A stretch of DNA of 51,276 nucleotides, filler included, from Jimgerdemannia flammicorona (Eukaryota): the NCBI GenBank assembly GCA_003990765.1. It is 2 parts of 2 records of this genome, joined end to end, with 100 filler letters (N's around TTAATTAATTAA, not from the genome) between each part and the next. Parts side by side here need not be neighbours in the genome. Positions count along the whole stretch, not along the records: positions 1 to 25,588 come from RBNJ01000816.1; positions 25,689 to 51,276 come from RBNJ01000817.1. One strand, 5' to 3'. Each line of letters starts with the position of its first letter. The first letter of the stretch is position 1. The notes beneath the pieces are model-generated. The model had not been told where the DNA came from, made no database searches, and saw only the letters and a program-made list of their open reading frames with translations. Shown one piece after another: positions 12,842 to 26,270 of the stretch. A program made the translations under genes and the position numbers.

Positions 12842-14107
12842 CTAACGATTGCCTGTAGAACACAAGGGGTATGTTAAAATCACAGACCAATGCCAATGCC
12901 GAACAAACCCAGAGACAATAGCGGAAATGTATACTCTTTGCAACACGCTCCAGCTCGTCCTTCTTTTTGATGGCATACGAGTTGGATGAACCCTGTAAGC
13001 CACAAACAAAGTGAGAACATTGCTTCGTATTTGCGTAACCTTTGGCCAACAGAAGCGAGAAATTACAAACAGACCTTGGCAGCATTGATCAGCTCATCAG
13101 CAAGACACTCGGCGATTGTCTTGTTGTTACGGAAAGCGGATTCACGAGTCTAACAGAATAGGGGGAAAATAAAATAAAAGGCGTCCAATTAGCCTTATGA
13201 TATGCACACTTGAAGCAAGAAGTGGGGCCCCCAACCCCCCTGATCACACCTCGAAAACAAAAAGAATACATTGGCCAACAAGGATTAGAATTTTACATCC
13301 AGGTGAACAAAATGCACACAATGACAAAGCAAAAATACACTTACACCGATAGTTAAAAGGGCGATAGCTTGGTTGACGCGACGCAGCGGAGAAACATCAA
13401 CTGCCTGGCGTCTGACAGTACCAGCCGAACCAATGCGAGTAGAATCTTCGCGCGGACCAGTGTTAATGATGGCATCAACAAGCACTTGAATAGGGTTCTG
13501 GTCGGTGAGCAAGTGTATAATCTCAAAGGCGTGCTTAACGATGCGAACTGCCATGAGCTTTTTGCCATTGTTGCGGCCCTTCATCATGAGCGAATTGGTC
13601 AAGCGCTCGACGACGGGGCACTATACATTCATTGAGTCAAGACAAATGAGTATACTTGGGGTCGAGCAAACCCAACCTCATATTGTCTCTCTAACTAGCA
13701 CACCTTTAGGTATGGCACGTCACTTCCGTCCAAAAAATATAGCATAAGCAAACATGTTATATGTCCAGCTATTACAGGACCCCAACAAATGGAATCTCTA
13801 CAAATGTCCCCAACATTTTAACCCACTCATTCTTTCTCACCACCCCAGATCTCGCATTATGTCCCCGCCATAGCTGGTCCCTTGTATCAGACGTAATACA
13901 TAATACATTGCATACCTGCGCTTTCCGGAATCTCTTCTGAGCGAATCGTCCCGCGGTGTGCGGCAAATAGACATGGTGCCTAATTTGGATATAGTCCTGC
14001 AGGGAGATGTCCTTGATTTCAACATCTTCATAACTCCAAGTATTGAATAACTTGCGCGTGCCATCAGCAGTGGCAATAACGTCAGTGGGCAAGCCAAGAG
14101 AAGCCAT
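12842..14107 (-). CDS. RPS5: 40S ribosomal protein S5 (uS7)
   Basis: Exons 14107-13916, 13620-13345, 13149-13075, 12992-12935, 12852-12842. Motifs [69 protein letters not shown]. Probable 5'UTR intron at 14258-14113. Confidence 0.98.
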
Positions 14108-14388
14108 ATTGCCTGATTTTCACGAACACCGAATGCGAGAATCAATCCAATAGCGCATATAAAGACAGAAGATCAAAACCGATACATTAGCTGTCAGTAA
14201 CGGATACATTGACGATGAGATGGATGGATGATGAAACAGAACGCAACAATACACTCACCTATAGATTAAGCTTCTGTGTGAAAAAGGAGAATTACTGATT
14301 CCCAACTTCACTGACAATATAGATTGCCCTCGAAAATTTGTGACGTCATTAACCTTGTATCAAAACGTTTAAATTTACGCGCCCCTCT

Positions 14389-14396
14389 CAGTCACA
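14389..14396. promoter_or_regulatory. Homol-D-like box (CAGTCACA) upstream of RPS5
   Basis: Exact CAGTCACA, the fission-yeast ribosomal-protein promoter element, ~130 bp upstream of the 5'UTR intron donor. TGACGTCA palindrome at 14341-14348. An 8-mer can occur by chance. Confidence 0.35.
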
Positions 14397-14830
14397 AGGT
14401 TTTGGTAGGTGATCTTCCAAATCTTCTTTTCCCAATTTTCATCCCCTCTACCTCAGGTTGGTTTGTTGTACCTATTGCAGGACAGTGAGAGAGAGGTAAT
14501 GGTAATGAGTTGCTTTTTTATAAGTATTGAATTAGTGTTTTCTTTACTTTTTTATAGTTTCTGATACCTTTGATTGCATCTTATCATCACAGTATGTCAT
14601 TGGCTATGTAGTGAGTCAGCTGACCTTGGGTATTAAGTGTCAGTGTAGATTATTTGTAGGTTGTCTATAGTAGAGTTTTCTAAGCTTCGATAAGCTTTTT
14701 GATAAATATAGTTCTAGTATAGATAATTGTTTTTTAAATAGAGTTAGAATTAAAAAAAAAAATAGTTGTTACAGATTGAAGGAAGGGAGATAATGATAAA
14801 TTGGTTGAGTATTAGACTAGAGATAATTAT
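14389..14830 (-). repeat. Inverted partial third copy of the ~655 bp repeat at 516-1815
   Basis: Reverse complement AAACCAACCTGAGGTAGAGGGGATGAAAATTGGG...GATCACCTACCAAA matches 1720-1790 and 1075-1150. Confidence 0.75.
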
Positions 14831-15080
14831 GCAGTACCTTTCTCTGATACAATTAATATTATATAAAACTTCAGACAATATTTTTTGATATAACTTAGAG
14901 AAAAGATATTAGAAAAATATTATCAAGTAAGAGTTCTGATAGATATACTGGATTAGGTAGATCTGGGACATTTGGCTGACAGTATATAGAGAGATTTTGA
15001 TCTGGAAATAGGTACTTTTGGAGGGGCAAATAATAGAGAGAGCTCTGGAGGAGGGCTAGTATCTAGTGAGAATAAAGACA

Positions 15081-15121
15081 GATCTTGTAAGAGGATTACT
15101 TATTAGAGTAATTATTAAAGT

Positions 15122-15157
<36 letters not shown>

Positions 15158-15445
15158 TATTTTTTTTTTTTTTTTTTTTGTTTTTTTTTTTTTTTTTTTT
15201 TAACAGACTTCTATTATGTAGTTCTGAAAGAGTTTTCTAGAAGTTCTGGATATTCTGGAAGACTGTTTTCTTAAGGTCAAGATCAATTTCATATAGAGTA
15301 TATCCTCTATACTTATTGATTTTAAAATCGAGTTAATGTTTCAACTAAAGTTTAAGAACCTAAGACTAGCTTAGTTGAATTAATATAATGCTGCAGACAA
15401 TATCTAATTAGGAAATTTTGTGATGAAGTTAGGAGTAGGATCTAA
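15081..15445 (-). repeat. Dispersed repeat, inverted copy of 36526-36840, interrupted by a poly(A) retro-insertion
   Basis: CTTAAGGTCAAGATCAATTTCATAT and its flanks are the reverse complement of 36720-36760. The alignment continues across the T-run at 15124-15201. Confidence 0.8.
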
Positions 15446-16068
15446 TGGGGTGTAGATTTACTTAAGAGTAGTTTATAAGTTATTAAATAGGTTTATTTGC
15501 TATTTATAATATTATTATACTAGGAGTAGTTGTATAAAGAGATATTATGGGAAAGTATTCAGGAGTTGTGTTCAGATTGTTCTAGTCTGTTCAAGTCTGT
15601 TCAAGTCTAGTATTCTGAGGTCTGGGGGAGGGGATATTTATACTAATAGAAGATTATCTGGACTATACTGAATATGGATATAGCACTTAGTATCTTACTG
15701 AGTCAGAATATAGTTACATAGTATAAGTGTGATCTGATATATCAAGAGATCATCTGACTGCTGAGTTAGTTCACAGTCATATTATACAAGGCTAATCTAA
15801 TTATACTGATAACTACTAGACTATCTATAGATTTCAATACTATCTGAGTAGGTTTTTTTTTTTTTTTTTTTTTTTTATATCCGAGTAGTCTTTGATGATA
15901 TCACTATTGATGACATTATCTCTGGTAAAGTCAGAACAGTCTTCTGACTTCTAATATCATTAGTTTCAAGATATTATCATATTTGTCTCTTGCAAAATTA
16001 AGCTATTTTCCTATTGTAATAGAATAACAAGTCTTAGTTCTCTTTTTTTTTAGACTATTGATATATTT

Positions 16069-19000
16069 TATTATTTTTATTTTATTTTATTTTTTGTTTT
16101 TTCCCTTTTTATAGTTACTCAGACTATATTCTATACTCTTATCTATTCCATATATAATATACTTATTTCACTCCTACCCAATCTCCCTAAGAGGAGGTCT
16201 CCTCTCTCTCTCCCCTAATACCAACCCAATCAAAGACCACTAATTCATTTATCACTGCTATTCTTCCTCCACTCTGCTCACAGATCCCCTCTACTAAGTG
16301 GCGGTGTCACCCACTATAGAGATCCCAATCAGCCCATTACCCCATCAGTATATCCCCCATCAACCTCTCTCATCTTAATAACCACTTCTATAAACTTATC
16401 TATCACTCCTCCTTAAAAACAAAGAACCAATGTTCTGTCAGCCCCACCTATATAGCTAAAATCACTTTACAGTAAGCCATTCATTACCTACTCTCCCCAC
16501 TAACCTAGTGTACAAATCTTCCCAATAACCCCTCTCCCCATCAGGCCTTCTTTTGATCTCCAGCCTATCTCTAACTGTTAACCAAAAGTTCCCCAAGACC
16601 TCACACTCTCTCAGCCAATATTCAGACATCTGCACATATCTCCCAACATGTTCTACATTGTAGTACTCCTTATAATCTAGCACTCCACCTTCTACCAAAT
16701 ATCTAGAGTGGAAATTCAACATGATATTCCTTCATAGTACCTATCACCATTCTATTCAGAACTTGGGAGGAAGCCATTTCCTCACCTCAGCACTCTATAA
16801 CCAAACTCCTGCCTAGTCCCACTCCTCACCAATTCTCACCACCTGCCAGCCCTTAGGCCAAAGATCCTGACCAAGGCCCTGTTGACACTCTATGCCATCC
16901 TTAATATCAAACTCAATGAGTGGAGCACCCTCCAATAACAATCTGTCCCATCTTCACATAGCTGGTCTCTATATTAACTCTCCTTTATTATTTTGCCAGC
17001 ATAAGTCAATATAATGTGTACCCTCTATCATCTCTTACCAGAAACCTTTATATTACAACCACTAGCTCCCCTCTAGTCTAACCATAGATAGTAAATCTCC
17101 TGAGAACCCTCTCAGAGAGAATCTCACCTCCCATACCTTCTGCATCAGAGACACTCATCCAGCTCCTTGCAGCTCAATAGCATACTTTAGCCACTAAGCT
17201 CTCAGACAATGCAGCCTCTATGAAAGATCCATCAGTCTAAGCCCCTCACAATTCACTGATAAAGAGAGGGTATCCCAGCTGATCTGGGATCTCCTACTAG
17301 CCCATATCCAGTCTCTAGCCAGCTTCATCAATCTCTTCACTATCCATGCCAGAAAGACCAAATGATAGGTAATATACCACAGTTTAGAGAACCAGTAGTC
17401 ATTCAGAATTGACACCTGATCTATCAGGGAGATATAGTAGCCCCCCCAACTTCTAAGGACCTCTCCCCAGATGACCACCCTCCTCTCCCACCACACTTAT
17501 GGCAAAACAGATCCATATACTAAGAGAAAGATGCCCAGATATCTCACAGCCTCCTCTGTAGGGACAATTGTTTCAATGACATCCCCTTCCACTAACTCAT
17601 TCCCCAACACCATTATCTCACACTTATGCCAGTTGAGTTTTACCTCAGAATATATCTCATACCATTCCACTGTCTCCTTGAGTGCTTTGACATCCTCCAC
17701 TAATCCAAGTCCAACTACCATATTACCTGCAAAGGCTCTCACCTTCCACACTACACTATATACCAAGAGTCCGGTTATCTTTTGATGGATCCTATCCATC
17801 AAGAGTTGTAATGATAGGGTATAAAGAATAGGGGATAGTGGATCCCTCTGCAGAACTCCCCTCCCCAAAGGAAATGTCAACTTCTAGTGACCATTATACA
17901 GCAATGCTGCCCTACTGCCCTCCAACAGCTTCAATATAGAAGCTTAAAATAGTGTAGAAATACTAAGTCTGTCCAGTACTTTACCCAACCACACCCTCCT
18001 CACATGGTCATAAGCTTTCTCCTGGTCTAAAAAGACCAATCTTCCATCCAATCTACTAGCCTATACTCCTTCAATGATACCATGAACCCAAGCTATCCCA
18101 TCTCAGATAAGTCTGCCTCCAACAAAGCCTCACTATTCCTCACTAAGCACCTGTTGAGCAACTCTCTGTAATCTCATTATGATCACCTTAGTAACTATTT
18201 TCCTATCCATATCCAGAAGTATAATTGGCCTCCAGTTCTTCTAGTTCTCTCTTCTTCTCTTATCCTTATACAACAGGGCCACCAGTCTAAGATCCTGTCC
18301 TCCAACCCACTCACTCCTCGAAAGAACAAGGTCACAGAGGGCTGTCATCTCTCTCAATACTCTGGAGACTCCTGCCATCTTCTTCCAAAAGTCCCAGAGT
18401 AATCCATCCTCTCTAGGAGCTATTCTAAGCTTAGTGGCTACAAGGACTTATTGGACCTCCTCCTCTTGAACTGGTTGGATCAGATCCCCCAGATTCTCTA
18501 TTTGGGCTGACTCCCAATCCTCCAAAGTATTCCCAATTGTCACAACATCAGCACCTCCTTCTTCCTCACTCCACAGACCTCTCTACCTCTCCTTCAACTC
18601 CATCAAAATCTGTTGCATCTCATATACCAATTCTCCTTCTGCATCCAGAACTCCATTCCAATGATACTACACCCTTTTTGCCTGGAAGAGTCTCGACAAG
18701 AACCTTATAGGCCTCTCACTCTTCTCAAGCACCTGCCACTACAGTCTAGCTGCTATATCTTTCACACACAACTCCTCCTCCTCTCTTAGTACCTGTTGCA
18801 ACTCCACCACCTCTAACCTAGCATATGTCAATCACCAATTATCTATTTCTCCAGAGTTAAGTAATTCCACCTATTCCAACTGCAGTCTCACCAACCTATT
18901 GGAGGCCCACCTCACTCTCCTCCTTCTTTTTCTCTCAGCCTCCTTACCAGCTCTCCCTCAGTAAACTCTTACTGCTTCTTTCAATTGCATCTACTAGATA

Positions 19001-21991
19001 CCCACTTATATACCCTCATATGTCCAACTAGAAATCATCTCCCATATATCTGCCTCCCATGGATTCTATAGTTTCTTCTCAGTCAGTAGGGAGAAGTTAA
19101 GGTGCCAATGTCCAGGTCCATCTCCACTTCCCCCAAATTGCCCCTGCTCTAACAATCCCTAGTGATCTGACCATAGGTACCACTCTACCTCCAAAGTCCT
19201 CTAAATATCTACTCTCCAGCAATTGGCAGTCAGGATTCAATCAATCCTCATATCTAACCCATTCACTCAATATATATAGACTCTCCATTCTCCCCACAGT
19301 GTTCTACCCCTATCCCCTAAGGAGCAAATATTCTCTACCTTCTCCTATACATCTAATCCACCACTCCTTCCACCAGTACCCCTCTCTCTATCTGTTCTAT
19401 CCACTTGAGGATTTCATACTATATTGAATTCTCTACCCAGAATATCTATGCCATCTTCCAAGAGAGCACCCTCCTCTAGAAGATTCCTGATCCATGCAAT
19501 CTGCTCACCCTGCTCAGCAGAATAATAGTAAGAGCCAACTCTCACTGATTCTCATCCAGGTCTATTCCATTCCCCCCACATCAGCCAGTCTTCCCAGCTC
19601 CTGATTCCATCTAGCTCCTCTTTATCTCTCCTTACTAGAATTGCCATCTTGTCAATCCAAGCTATAGCACCACTCTATTCTCTAGTCCACTTAACTTAAT
19701 CCAAATCATCCTCACATCATACATCCTGTAGCAAAAAGATATCAGCCTCCAATCTCTTAAGCCAAGAGAAAATATTCTTATACTGTCCAGAGCCCTGTAG
19801 CCTATTTATATTGAGAGAGAAAATATTGGTTATACTGTTCATTGGGAATAATATTTTTGAAGACAAGTCTCTGCACTCCCCTTACTGCTCTATCTCCATT
19901 CTTTCCCATGCTAGGTCTAAGTTATGTTCTGCAGCCCACTCCTCCTCCTTGACTCTCCTCCCTTTTATTCTCTCCAGAAGTTCATTCAGTTCCCCCTCCT
20001 CCTTTTCCTCAAAATCCTCATGATACTCCTGGCATACATTCTGCCAAAGCTATAGTTTATATCACTCTACTCAACAGTAGACCACTTGCTCACCAGCCAC
20101 CACTGCCAGCTCAGCTCTCTTCTTCTTATCAACCTCATATCCTTCCTCCTCTAAGAAAATTGCAAGTACCTCCTCCTTCAGCACCTCTACTACCCCATAA
20201 CTCTTATCCAATACTCCTCACTCATAACCCTTAGATCCACTTCCCCCAATTCCTCAGCAGCTAAGTTATTCATCATCTGGCACATCCAAAGTAGATTCCC
20301 CACCTTCTTCACCCCTGACATTACAGGCCAGCCCCCATCTAGCATTATTGTGTCAGCTCCTACACTTGCAGTCTCATCCCACTCTTCCACTGGGACATCC
20401 ACCAGTTCCTCCTCACCTATAGCCACCACCTGTTCCCCCTTCTCCACCTCAGGAATACCAAATCTCACTTACTGTACCCCATGTATTAGAATATCTACTA
20501 CCTCCTATCCTCTTGCTACAGGGCTCCTTCTGATAAACAGTATTAGGGAATCCTCCCATGCCTCCTCTCAGACCTCAAATGTACCATCCTTGTATAGATC
20601 TATACTCAGTGCCTTCCCAGTTTCCTCAGGACCCACCTCCTCCCCCTCACCACTTCTGCCAGTCCAAATACTTGCCTTGACTCCCCTACTCTTCTCACTA
20701 CTATCAGTAGACTTCTTCACCTTACTCCCTAGCTTCACCAGTAACTACCTCTGCTGCTTGCACTCCTGGGACCTCTCCCATATCTTCTTGTCAACTTGAA
20801 TCTGCTTCTCATCAACAATCTCCAAATGTATTGCCTCTATGTGAGCTTTTCAAGTCTTAGCCCTCCTCTCCACTACACCACTCTGCTCTTCCAAAGCCTC
20901 CAGCAGATCCTCCTCCTTCTCCTTTCTCCTCTTCACTCTCAATATCTTACAGGTGAAGGCTCCCCATATTATTACTGAAGGCCAGTCACTCATCTTCCCA
21001 GTGATCTCTCTTTCAGCCAGCTGGATCCTGATATCAATATCTTCTATCCTGAGAGTCATCCCCTTCCATACCTGAAATCCAATATCAACTATATCACCAT
21101 ATTCTGTCATTACCTCCTCAATCTACCTCTTGGTCTCAGCTGTCATCACTGTTGGCACTCCTTTCACCAGAAGCTGAACCACTCTGGGGTCTCACTGCAA
21201 GTAGCACACTATAGGGACTACCACCTCCCCAACAGCTACTTCTATCTTCAATGCTTCCTCCAATAGGCCTGCTTTCTCAAATCCCACTTCAACCCCCTCT
21301 AGTCTCTTCAGAAACCTCACCAAGGCAGCTCCAGCCACCTGCTTAGAGATAAGCCCCAGAACCATCTTCACTATCACTGCTAAGCCCCAGAAATACAGAG
21401 TCACTACAAACTCCAAGATCAACTTCTTGAGTAATGGTGCCACTGCCAACCCTGTCATACTATCAGCCAGGTCCTCCTTCCTCTTTGGGCCCTCTAGCCC
21501 AGCCCCTCCATCAGCCATCACATCTGGATTTTTTTTCAAATTCTCAGTCATGCCACCATCAGTAGTCTCTCTCCTACTCTCAGCTGCTACTTCTCCATCC
21601 CTTCCACCCACTGGCTAAGGTACTGTATCTCCTATATCCTCTTCCCTCTGCTTTCCCTTTCCCCCTACCAGACTGCTACAAGATCTCACAGGTCATCCTC
21701 CACTCTTTAGCATCTCAGTAAAGCTCTTTTTCTGCTGCCCTCTTGCTCCTCCTCCAGTACTACTGCCACTTCCTGAACTACCCTGCCTACTCAGACCTCC
21801 AAACAACCCCATCTCTAATCCATACCCTCACCTGATATATTGCCAGTTGAAGGCTCCAGGTCTACCCAATCTAGTATATATGTTGGCTTGCATGTTGTTT
21901 GCTATGATCTTAGTACCTTTCTCCAATAAACAACTTGAAAGTAAGTTGCAAAAACATGTATAACATAAGTGGTAACTGAGAAAGGTTGATC
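16069..21991 (-). mobile_element. Full-length degenerate L1/Tx1-like LINE
   Basis: 17-bp TSD AGACTATTG(A/G)TA(T/C)ATTT at 16052-16068 and 21992-22008. Degenerate poly(A) tail. ORF2 from ~19842 with AP-endonuclease start (IFSLNIN.L) and RT motifs GVLQRDPLSPILY / AFAGN (mutated QGDPLS / FADD) and VRYLGI. ORF1 remnants at ~19.9-21.9 kb. Many stops. Confidence 0.92.
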
Positions 21992-22413
21992 AGACTATTG
22001 GTACATTTGTAAGAACTGGTCATCTATGTCTAGGGTGAGGGCTCCCAATATTGTAACTGAGAATTCAAATCTCTCAGAAATGATATTTTCTATAATTTAA
22101 GATAATTTCTAGTAGTAATATCTATTATATAGATAGACTTGAGATTAGTTTTGACAATATCAGCTTTTTTGAGTTCAGATGAAGCATCCATTATTCTCTA
22201 ATAGAGATGATATAGATAGTATGAATAGAGTTATTCAAATGTATTTTACTTCTTCTAAGTATAAGGTTTTATATGGTTACAATATATCTTAGTCTTGAGT
22301 TAATAAATGTGGTTTGCAAACTTTTGATAGATGAGATAGAGTTCTTCTCATTTCAGTTTGAGTTTGATACTTTAGTTTTCTTTTATAATAGTATAGTATA
22401 CTAAGACTGATTG

Positions 22414-22415
<2 letters not shown>

Positions 22416-22492
<77 letters not shown>

Positions 22493-25258
22493 TTTTTTTT
22501 TTTTTATAGTTACTTGGACTTTGCTATTTATTACCAGTCTATACATATATTTACATTATCTCCTCCCACTACCCAATCTCCATAGGGGAACTCTCTCTCT
22601 CCTCTACCCCTTCATACTTGAAAACTACCCTGTCTCCTATGACCCCAACTATTCCCCCACTCTGTCTACATATCTTCTCTACCAAATGATACTACTGATA
22701 ACCCTGCAGTTCCCACCCATACCACCAACTTATCAGAGTATCCTCCATTAGTCCTTCCCATCACAATAGCTATACCTCTAAGCCCAGACATCTCTCATTC
22801 TCAAACACATATAGTCAGTATCCTGCCAACCCTACCCATATAGCCAGCACCTACCCTAAAGTAAGCTATTTCCTTCTAACCCCACCTACTAATCTATCTC
22901 ACAGATCCTCCCACTGATCCCTCATACCATTCTCCCTTTGCATAATACCCAATCTCTTCTTAACTGCTATCCAGAAGTTATTGAGTATCTCGCACTCCTC
23001 TAGCCAATATTCAGGCATTTGTATAAAACCCCCTTCCTGTCCAACATTATAGTACTCACAGTCAAAGATTCCCCCTCCACCAGGTGGCCAGAGTGAAAGT
23101 TGAGCATGATATTCCTCCTCAACATGTACCACCAGACCATCTAATACTTTGGTAGCAACTACTGCCAAATCTCAGCACTCTAGTTCCAGATCCTGTCTCA
23201 GTCCCACTCTTTACTAATACCTATCAACTGCTATCTGCTGGGCCACAGATCCTGCCCCAACTCCCTCTGATATTCAACTCTATCACTAATATCAAAGTTA
23301 CTAAGGGGGACACCCCCCAGCAACACTTAGTTCCATCTCTACATTGCTGGGCCCCAAGGCCTTTCTCTCTTATCTCCCTACCAACAAATGCCAATATGTT
23401 ATGCTCCATCAGTGACTCCCTACCAGAAGACCTTAAACCATATGTGCCTATTGTTCTGAAGCCCAACCAAGAACAAAAGATCACCTGTGGATCCTCTCGG
23501 TGAGAACCTCATCTCCCAGACCTTCTTCAATAGTAGAACCCAGCTACTACCCCCTAGCTCAATAGCTCTCTTCAGCCATTATGCTCTCAGACAGTATAAC
23601 TTCTTCAGGAAGTCAACCAGCCTAAGTCTCCCTCTAGTCACTGGTAAGGACAAAATTTCCCAGCTAATCTGACTCCTCCTCCCTGCCCAGATCTACCCTT
23701 TCACCAGTTTCAGTAGTCTCTTCATCACTCAGGCCAGGAAGTCCAGATGATATATCAGATATAATAACTTCAGTAGCCAGTAAGTATTCAAGATAGAAAC
23801 ACACTCTACTAGAGACAAGTGGTGGTCTCCCCAGCTTTGCAGGACCTTCCCCCAGATAACTATCTGCTGCTCTTATCTGAGTTTTAGAAGAATGAATTCA
23901 TATATTGACAGATAGATGCCCAAGTATCTCACTGCTTCTCCAGCAGAGACAATTGTGCCAATGACCTCTCCCCCTATCAGTCCATTATCTAGTACCATTG
24001 TTTCACACTTGCACTAATTAAGTTTAGCCCCAGAGTATGCCTTATACTACTCTACAGTCTCCTTGAGTTTCTCAACATTAGTAATTGAACCTAGGCCAAC
24101 TACTATATTATCTGCAAAAGTACTAACTTTCCACTCAATGCTATAAACTGAAAGCCCTCCTATCTTCTGCCAAATCCTATCTATTAGAGGCTCCAAGGAG
24201 AGTATATACAAAATGAAGGACAGTGGGTCTCTCTGGGGAACACTTCTATCCAGAGGAAAAGCTACCTCTTGATGCCCATTACATATGAGTGTAGCCCTGC
24301 TCTCTTCCAGTAAACTGACCATTGCTATATGGAACTAATGAGAGACTCCAATCCTGTCTAGTATCTTTGCTAACCAGACCCTTCAAATACAGTCATATGC
24401 CTTCTTCTAATCCAAGAAGATCAGGCACCCATCCAATCTACAGGCCTGTGCTCCTTCAATAATACCATATACCGAAGCCATGCTATTCTAAATGAGTTAG
24501 CCTCTAACAAATCCCTGCTACTCTACCCCTAAGACCTGCTGGGTTACCTTTTATAGCCTCACTACTACTACCTTAGTAATCAACTTCCTATTTATATCCA
24601 GTAGCATAATCAGTCTCCAGTTTCTCCAGTTCTCTCTCCTATTCTTGTTCTTATACAGCAGTGTCACCAGTCTCAGATCCTGCTCTTCTACCTATCTTCT
24701 GGACTACAGTACTAAGTCACAGAGTGCTCTCAGCTCTCCCAGCATACTGGGGACATCCACCATCTTCTTCCAAAAAGCCCAGAGCAGGCCATTCTCACCT
24801 GGTGCTATATCCAGCATAGTTGTGACAAGGACCTGGCAAATCTCCTCCTCCTGTACTGGCATCATCAGGTTATCCAGCTCTTCTGCCTATAGTGAGTACC
24901 AATCCTCCAAGGCAATACCAATAGAGGCATCTTCTACCCCATCCTCCTTCTTACTCTACAAGCCACTCCACTGCTCCTTCAGTGACCTGAGAATGTCTTG
25001 TATACCATATACTAATATTCTCTCAGAATTGAGAATCCCCTCTCACCTCTACTGAACTCTCTTAGCCCAAAGAGCCTTTGTGAGAAATATAGAGGGCCTC
25101 TCTCCTTTCTCTAGCCCCTGTTAATGGAGATGTGCTGCCAAACTCTGCATCTGCACTTTCTTCTCCTTCTGCAATACCTGTTGTAACTCCACAATCTTCT
25201 TTTTCACCTGTAGCAATCTCTAATCCTCTACTGTAATAACTCTCACTTCTACCCCTCC
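22416..25258 (-). mobile_element. 5'-truncated degenerate L1/Tx1-like LINE
   Basis: ~90 nt poly(A) tail (22416-22505), shared 3' motif, RT remnants SVPQRDPLSFILY and FADNIVVGL; colinear with the other copies. Confidence 0.9.
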
Positions 25259-25588
25259 CTTATCCTTTGGATAATTAGGGAAGTGGACTATTACTTAGGG
25301 ACTTAGTACACAATGTGTACCAAGAAGTCTTCAGTTTGAGGAAGCGCTCGCTTAAAGTAGTTGTAATGGCAGTGCCTTATCTTTCAAAGGTCTTTCTGGT
25401 TTGCCTTCTGTTTCAAAGATCTTTCTCTTGTGCCCTATTTCGAGGGTCTTGTTCTTTGCTGTGCACAGACTGAATTCACCTTGGAATTCAGGTTCAATGG
25501 GTTTACTTAAGTCTTTGGGGATTTATATACCGGTCTCAGTTCTGGCAGAAGTTAGCTAAGCTTCTGGAGTTTAGTCAGAAACACTAGA

Positions 25589-25688
25589 NNNNNNNNNNNN
25601 NNNNNNNNNNNNNNNNNNNNNNNNNNNNNNNNTTAATTAATTAANNNNNNNNNNNNNNNNNNNNNNNNNNNNNNNNNNNNNNNNNNNN
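25589..25688. other. Artificial scaffold gap linker
   Basis: 44 N + TTAATTAATTAA (stops in all six frames) + 44 N = exactly 100 nt. Confidence 0.95.
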
Positions 25689-25964
25689 ACTAGAGCAGAG
25701 TAGAGCCTCAGCACCAGAGTGAGTAAAGTGAGTGGAGGTAGACATGTAGTTCTATTTCTGTTATTGGATGGACGAAATATAAACCCTCTCTCTCTTTTTC
25801 ATAGAATATATAAAATGAAACCTTTTAGAAATCGCTGTATGGTGCACAGGTTCACAATATAATTATGATACCAGCATAATCCCGTGTCTTGCAGTTGTGG
25901 GTCTGCCCACGTGGATTAAACATAGACGAAATGTAAATTCTCTCTCTCTATTTCTATAGGATAT

Positions 25965-26270
25965 TGTGACAAACCAAAACGTACCACCCGAATTATAACT
26001 TAGTCAGATGACATGAACACATAGCATAGTAACTAGACACAGCAACCATTGCTGCGGAAAACTGTATAAATAGTCAGACTACCAGATAAGGTATACCTGT
26101 GCCCAAACCTGCACACCTGTGCTGAACCAGCACACCTACCATAGATAGCAATCTATAATTAGCAATGTAGTAACCAGATAGCAACCAGAACTGTATAAAA
26201 TATCCCAGAGATAAGAGTGAATAAACCTCAGTCTGAAAATTCAAAGCAAAAGACAAGTCTGCCTACCACA
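25965..26270 (+). repeat. 5' LTR (TG...CA, 306 bp)
   Basis: Starts TGTGAC, ends ACCACA, contains TATAAATA and AATAAA. The first ~207 bp match 36319-36525. Confidence 0.9.

Noticed and set aside
15455..16050. Possible LTR and internal remnant of a second LTR element (continuing at 22009-22415); also 25260-25588
   Set aside because: LTR-like composition, but no partner LTR or readable protein motif in the window.
22289..22546. Poly-Lys or poly-Phe ORFs here and at 2729, 41036, 44193 and 44251
   Set aside because: Translations of homopolymer runs, not genes.
25633..25644. TTAATTAATTAA palindrome inside the N run
   Set aside because: Symmetric 44N-12-44N six-frame-stop linker; an assembly artefact. 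Contiguity across it is not guaranteed.
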